Below the pieces are notes generated by a model. The model had not been told where the DNA came from and searched no databases. It was given only the letters and a program-made list of their open reading frames with translations. Shown piece after piece: positions 13,373 to 64,000 of a stretch of DNA of 64,000 nt. The DNA comes from Lingula anatina (lineage: Eukaryota; Animalia; Brachiopoda). Each line of letters begins with the position of its first letter. The first letter of the stretch is position 1. The translations under genes were made by a program, and so were the position numbers. The DNA lies in assembly GCA_051362555.1 (NCBI GenBank), contig CM120641.1, positions 19,034,001 to 19,098,000 of the forward strand, given 5' to 3'.

Positions 13373-13542
13373 GCTTCCCGGCCTGGTAATGCCTCAACGT
13401 AAACGACGTCAAATAGAGTAAACAATCAATGGCTGCCTCGCTTTCGATAATGCTTTCGATTTGAACACGAGACCACCACATTGACTTTATGGTTTATGCC
13501 TCATGTTGCCGCCACGATGGTTGAACTTTGAAGGTTGGAAGC
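13373..13542. promoter_or_regulatory. Bidirectional promoter and 5' UTRs shared by PARP1 and YEATS4
   Basis: Only 170 bp separate the divergent ATGs. The stretch is CpG-rich relative to the gene bodies. It contains a CRE-like CGACGTCA (13404-13411), a YY1-like AATGGCTGCC (~13428-13437) and a direct repeat of GCTTTCGAT (13440, 13452). Motif functions are inferred. Confidence 0.8.
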
Positions 13543-16068
<2,526 letters not shown>

Positions 16069-16322
16069 CTTGATCCTGGGCTGCAAAATTCAGTGCTTTC
16101 AAAATCTCAATAGGGCATTGAAATGTAATCATATTTGAACACCAAAATGATAATGAACTGTGCATCAGGAAGGTTTGAAATTTGAAATATGAAAAATAAC
16201 TGTAGCTGAAAGTTTTTACCCCAGTGGTTTGCACGGACTGTTAAGCAGCTTCAAGTTGTATATATTTGACTGCCAATTGAATACCACTAACTGTGGAAGG
16301 CATCCTATATGTATATATCTGT

Positions 16323-16339
16323 AATAAAAATGTAATAAA
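16323..16339 (+). terminator. Tandem AATAAA polyadenylation signals, probably for YEATS4
   Basis: Two AATAAA (16323, 16334) about 255 nt after the stop codon, followed by T-rich sequence. Confidence 0.6.
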
Positions 16340-17282
16340 ACTTTTTTTAAGCTTTTCACATTATTTAAGATAAAGTGAGACTAGAACTGCAAACTTCGTG
16401 TTATAAGTTGTGGTTTCACAATGTTTATTTGAAGATCAGTTAGCTGAAAATTATTGCAACTTTAAAGAAATATTATTGTAGTAAATTTTTTGAAATAATT
16501 TAAGCTTGAAACCCTCACTGATTAGAGCAATTTTGAAATTTGATTTGTGTGATCCACTTAGTGGTCATTCTGATTATTATTTGAGAATATCCAAGGGTTC
16601 TTTAATTGTGAGGTTTGGTTTACTTCATTTTATTGTGTTAAAATCCTCAGGACGTCAAGTTTTCATGCAACAAACCATGGCATGTTAAGTTTGTCAGTTT
16701 TGGCAGAGGGCCTGCACACTATGCTTTCTCTGAAGCCTCCTAAGTATGTGACTAAACAAGTGTTTTCACTCTATGAAATATCCAACTGGAAGTAGCAAAA
16801 AGTAAATACAAAGTTGAGCAAAGTGATTTATAAGAATCTTGATTTTATTTAATTCTGCAGCAGTGCCTGCCTGCACATTTCTCAATCTGCAGAACATTGT
16901 AATTGAGTCATCATATGGATACAACCAGTATCCAATTAAAACAAAAGTATAACAGTTGTGCACTGAAACAAATGTAAAGGTATGAATATTCACTGACTTG
17001 GGGGGCTTTTTTCTGACCCCACTGCATCCATTTGATACTTTCTGACATGTCTTGAGATGCTTTTTGTTTGTTTTGAAATAAAGTAAGTCTGGTTACATGT
17101 TGCAAGTCCACTTTTCAAAAGTTAATCAAGACTTCATGCAGCAGGTTTCTCCCTCTTTAGGTAAAATTGAAAATCACAAAAAAGACTGCAGACAAAGTTG
17201 AAGAATTTCTTTGTCTTAAGCTGTAGAATGCATACATGTCAGGCGTGCCAGCATTGCAGTATTATATTTTGGGACATTTATA

Positions 17283-60174
<42,892 letters not shown>

Positions 60175-60300
60175 TACTTCCTACTGTATTATCTTTCACA
60201 TGTTTGGTCTGTGGGCACGCACCGGCAGGCGGGTTTGTCGACCGATATGTAAACACAGACTGTAGAATATCCCGCTAGAGGGCACCTTGGTCATATCATA
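60175..60300 (-). promoter_or_regulatory. PRKDC 5' UTR and core promoter region
   Basis: CpG-rich stretch directly upstream of the ATG. An ETS-like GGAAGT abuts the ATG, and GGCGGG and CCCGC boxes are present. The TSS was not determined. Confidence 0.55.
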
Positions 60301-60628
60301 CCCAAGCAGTCTGTTCTTTTTTCATGTCTCTCTCGCGGACTAATTCAAGTTTTAGTATGAAATGAACAAACATATATAGGTTTCGAAAAGAAACGAAAGA
60401 AAGAAAATGAAGGATAGCAAAGTAAAGAAAAGGACTTAATTCAATATCGACTCTCCACATGAAACTGTACTGTAGGGCCAGCTTGGTACTCAGATTGATC
60501 AATGAGTTATACTGTTATAACTCCTTGGATTGATCAAATACACATCAAAAGGAGACAAGAAAAGGAAAGCTATTGCTAATGGATACTTCACAAAATTACT
60601 GTAACCCATATTAACCTGTTCGTGCAGT

Positions 60629-60629
60629 A

Positions 60630-60678
<49 letters not shown>
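60629..60678 (+). repeat. (ATT)n microsatellite
   Basis: Read directly. Confidence 0.95.
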
Positions 60679-60713
60679 TATTGCTATAATTTTTTAGCGG
60701 CAGAGGTTTCCCA

Positions 60714-60850
60714 CCCAGCTAACACAAAACGTTTTGATAACGTTACCACAGGAATTCATATTATATATTGCTTAGACCATCAGCAAACATAAAACAATTT
60801 GCAAAACTAGCATGACCACATACTAACTTGTTTTAAATACGTTCCCACGT
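60714..60850 (+). mobile_element. Possible one-ended DNA transposon remnant (EnSpm/CACTA-like CCCAGC terminus)
   Basis: Starts CCCAGCTAACACAAAACGTTTTGATAACGTT with repeated AACGTT. No matching opposite TIR was found. Confidence 0.3.
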
Positions 60851-61256
60851 ACAATATGCAAGCAGTGGTCTTGATTAGTCGGCAGTCATGGTCGACTATC
60901 GCTGTTGGGCCGCAAGTGTGCATCTTGTAACGCTGTTTGAACTACTAACACCTTAATTGCGGTTAATTACAATATTGAGGTTGGGGTAAGTCGGCAACTA
61001 CAGTGGTGCGGATTTTCCAACCCTTAATTAATTCCGACTGTTGTATGGTACGTACCCGAATTAACCGACGTGGTGAAAAGCTTTCATAAATTATAATAGT
61101 GAATATCACCACTATCAGGGGCGGATCCAAGATTATTTGAAGGTGGGATCCGCGGATGCAAAGCCGACCCCCCCCCCCAACCCAACCACTTGACGTGGGG
61201 TTAGGATCCTGTCCATATACAGGTTCACAAAATCTGACGATATGTCCAAATAGAAA

Positions 61257-61537
61257 AGGTGGGATGAGTCCATGCTGTCAGAAGAGGTGTCAGGGATTCC
61301 ATAAGCGGGTGTCAGGTGGGGCGAGTCTATGCCTTAAAAGGGGGTGTCAAGTGGGGCGAGTCCATTCCTATGTAGGGGTGTCAGGTGGCGCGAGTCCATT
61401 CCACTGGAGGGGTGTCAGGTGGGGTGAGCCCATTCCATTCAAGGGGTGTCAGGTAGGGCGAGTCTATTCCAATGGAGGGGTGTCAGGTAGGTCGAGTCCA
61501 TTTCATTGGAGGGGTGTCAGATGGGTCAAATCCATTG
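61257..61537 (+). repeat. 34-bp G-rich minisatellite, about 7 units plus a degenerate lead-in
   Basis: Unit GGGGTGTCAGGTGGGGCGAGTCCATTCCANTGGA starts at 61341, 61375, 61409, 61443, 61477 and 61511. Confidence 0.92.
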
Positions 61538-62920
61538 TTAAACGTTTACAACTATTTCAATTTTACATATATCTGTATCTACCACAGACAGCTGTCAGTC
61601 CCCAAAGCATTAATGAAAACAATATTTACAGATCAGATTTAGCTGGTTCAATATTAAAGTCCCCAAATACGAAATAGTGTTTCTCATTACCCATCCCATT
61701 ACTTCTATCTTTATCAAAAAATCATAACAAAATTAAGAAAGGCCGAATTACAAAAATATTTATTCAATTTTCATATAATAAATGTACGAACGAGCGTCAG
61801 GTTCCTGGGTGTGAAATAAATGCTACTGGTAGGTGGCTTGCAGGCGCATGTTGTGCAGAACCTCGGTGAGTTTCTGAAAAGAAATAATGTTTACTTCTTT
61901 AGACTTAACGGACCGGCTTTTAACACACAGACAATCCATGCAATATCACATAGGGTAGGATACTTTTGGCGTGCGTGTTTATTGACTTGTACGATGTTCA
62001 GCCTACGCTAGCGCTGAAAAAATTAAAACCAAGATTGCCTGACTCCAAAATCAATATCTTGAAGTAGTAAATGTTATAACTATTTGATACTTATTGCTAA
62101 TTAAGAGACGTTGATTACATAACCTGTGTCTGGGAGGGGAGGGTACTACGACCGTAAATATATTTTTATATAAAAATTTTAACATTTATCGTAATACATG
62201 CTGATATTGCACATAATCTAGATGCACGATCAGGTTTTAATATAGTTGGTCCTGTAATGGATGGTCAACATACGGCACACTGGAAAAGGAGATTTTTTAA
62301 AAATATGTATCTCTTAAAATAGAGTCATTGTGTATTGCTGACAGAATTTGACCACAGAATTTGGAATTGATGTACACGTTGATGGGACACTGTTATCCTT
62401 GGGTCAGAAGCTCATAACTATGACAACCATCATCTAATTTTAATTAATGGGCGCTCTTCGCGGTAATACTTACATTTAAACACGCACACGCCATTCTAAA
62501 TCAGGTCAAAAATATTCGAAATCAATTGTTCAGGGACACACTAAATGTTCAAACAGAGCTAAAAAAAATATGCACGACTAAGAAATTTCAAGCAAACTTA
62601 GGTCATCATCAAAAATCAGGTGAGAGCACCGTCCATCCTGTACATTTGAAGCGTCCCAATGCATTGTAACCAATACATTCTTATACTCTGAGTGGCATAC
62701 AAGTAACAATTAAAATAGTAGTAGCACAAGGACTCGTATTATTAATATTTGTCATGTTTTTTTTTTCATTCGTCTGCGTCTTTAGTATTTAAAGGTGGTG
62801 GATATTGAAAAAATAGTGATACTCACAAACACGCATTTGCTTCTGCACCTTAGCTCTCGAGATCTTGCCACTGCACCAAAAAAACGCCAAGTACTGTTGC
62901 GTCTACACCTGACCGTGCCC

Positions 62921-63035
62921 TACCCTCTACCAGGGTGGCAAATTTTTTGGCAGTGAATGAAATGACTGTCTATTTATCTAAAGGCATATCTGTGAATATC
63001 TTGTGAAAATCAATCTGTCGTCCTGGTAGAGGGTA
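62921..63035. mobile_element. 115-bp MITE with perfect 14-bp TIRs and a 9-bp target-site duplication
   Basis: TIRs TACCCTCTACCAGG / CCTGGTAGAGGGTA. Flanks ACCGTGCCC (62912-62920) and ACCGTGTCC (63036-63044) match 8/9. Confidence 0.75.
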
Positions 63036-64000
63036 ACCGTGTCCAACTGCCAAGTGAGCATGCAGGAAGATAGTTCGCACAGCGATGAGTAACTTATTTT
63101 TATGCAAATTACAACAGGTATGGCTCATTTTAGGTGAAAGGTTGTTACTGCAGTGAGGGTCCTTTTTGGTATTTTCGTTACCCTTCAAAGCCACTTTTTA
63201 TCTCCCGAAAAGCGTGAAATGTTCGTTTTATTTTGAATGTTTCGTGAAGCACCCCATTACTGTGACTCGTGAATGCGGCCTTTTAATTTCCACTATTCGA
63301 AAAACGGAGGAAGTGAAGAACAAAAGACTCGGACATGGTGTAATTCGGATGACCGCACGTCTCGAATGAATGCGTTATAACCCGTGAATGGACCCGTGGT
63401 CTCAATAACTTAAAAGATAGACCCCTCGTCAGCGAGGGTTATGTGACATCCACTCGTGCTAACACAGCCAGTACATATCAGAATCGTTCATACGCATGAA
63501 TTTTCGTGCTATCAGTTAGTATGAATAAAGTTTTATTTACTGTGATTTGTGAATCGATAATTTTAATTTGCGTGAACCTTTGCATTGTTACTGAAATTGT
63601 TCACGAATGTTCAGACTCAAAACACGTAAAATATGACTGAAGTCCACTTGTTAGTGAAATCTTGGACATAATAACGTTATTTTGTCCTAAGATCCGTTTA
63701 TTAGATCTTAGTTTTGTCCAAGGTGTAATGCACTACTTTATTCCAGAAAAATTACACGTGCGTGTACCAAGTATAGTTTCATATCCCCAGGATGCAGAAC
63801 TTTCAAAAAATCTCGACGTATATACTAGTATGCATGTGAAAATTTAGAAATTGCTACCAAACAACAATGCCCCCTAAAACAGATTTAACTTGAGACCCTT
63901 GTTGAAAGCATCCCGCGTCGCCTACGGAGGTCAGGGAATAAGTTCGCTGCAGACACAAGCTAATAAGGCATATTCTCTTTTTTTAAGTGCATTCTGATGC

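Noticed and set aside
61116-61215. CAGGGGCGGATCCA as a MITE terminus
   Set aside because: Only a badly decayed opposite end and no TSD; not enough to call.
61156-61677. 173-aa ORF, the longest in the track
   Set aside because: It runs through a poly-C tract and the 34-bp minisatellite; low complexity with no homology signal.

Overview
AT-rich, intron-dense animal genomic DNA; the repeat types look invertebrate and mollusc-like, which is inference. Three intact DNA-damage/chromatin genes are packed end to end. PARP1 is on the minus strand: ATG 13372, 22 coding exons traced, 3' end runs off the left edge. YEATS4/GAS41 is on the plus strand: 13543-16068, 7 exons, 227 aa, head-to-head with PARP1 across only 170 bp. 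PRKDC/DNA-PKcs is on the minus strand: 60174-17283, 91 exons traced by hand, about 4112 aa, tail-to-tail with YEATS4. Introns and the PRKDC upstream region hold a tandem array of HINE/Helentron-like elements, two inverted copies of a TTAA-flanked MITE, a small MITE with a 9-bp target-site duplication, two minisatellites and many microsatellites. No rRNA, tRNA or CRISPR is supported. The best candidate for an undescribed system is the compact PARP1-YEATS4-PRKDC repair cluster, with a tiny bidirectional promoter and a shared GGAAG-N(1-2)-ATGGC motif at all three start codons. All exon coordinates were read manually and need RNA-seq confirmation.
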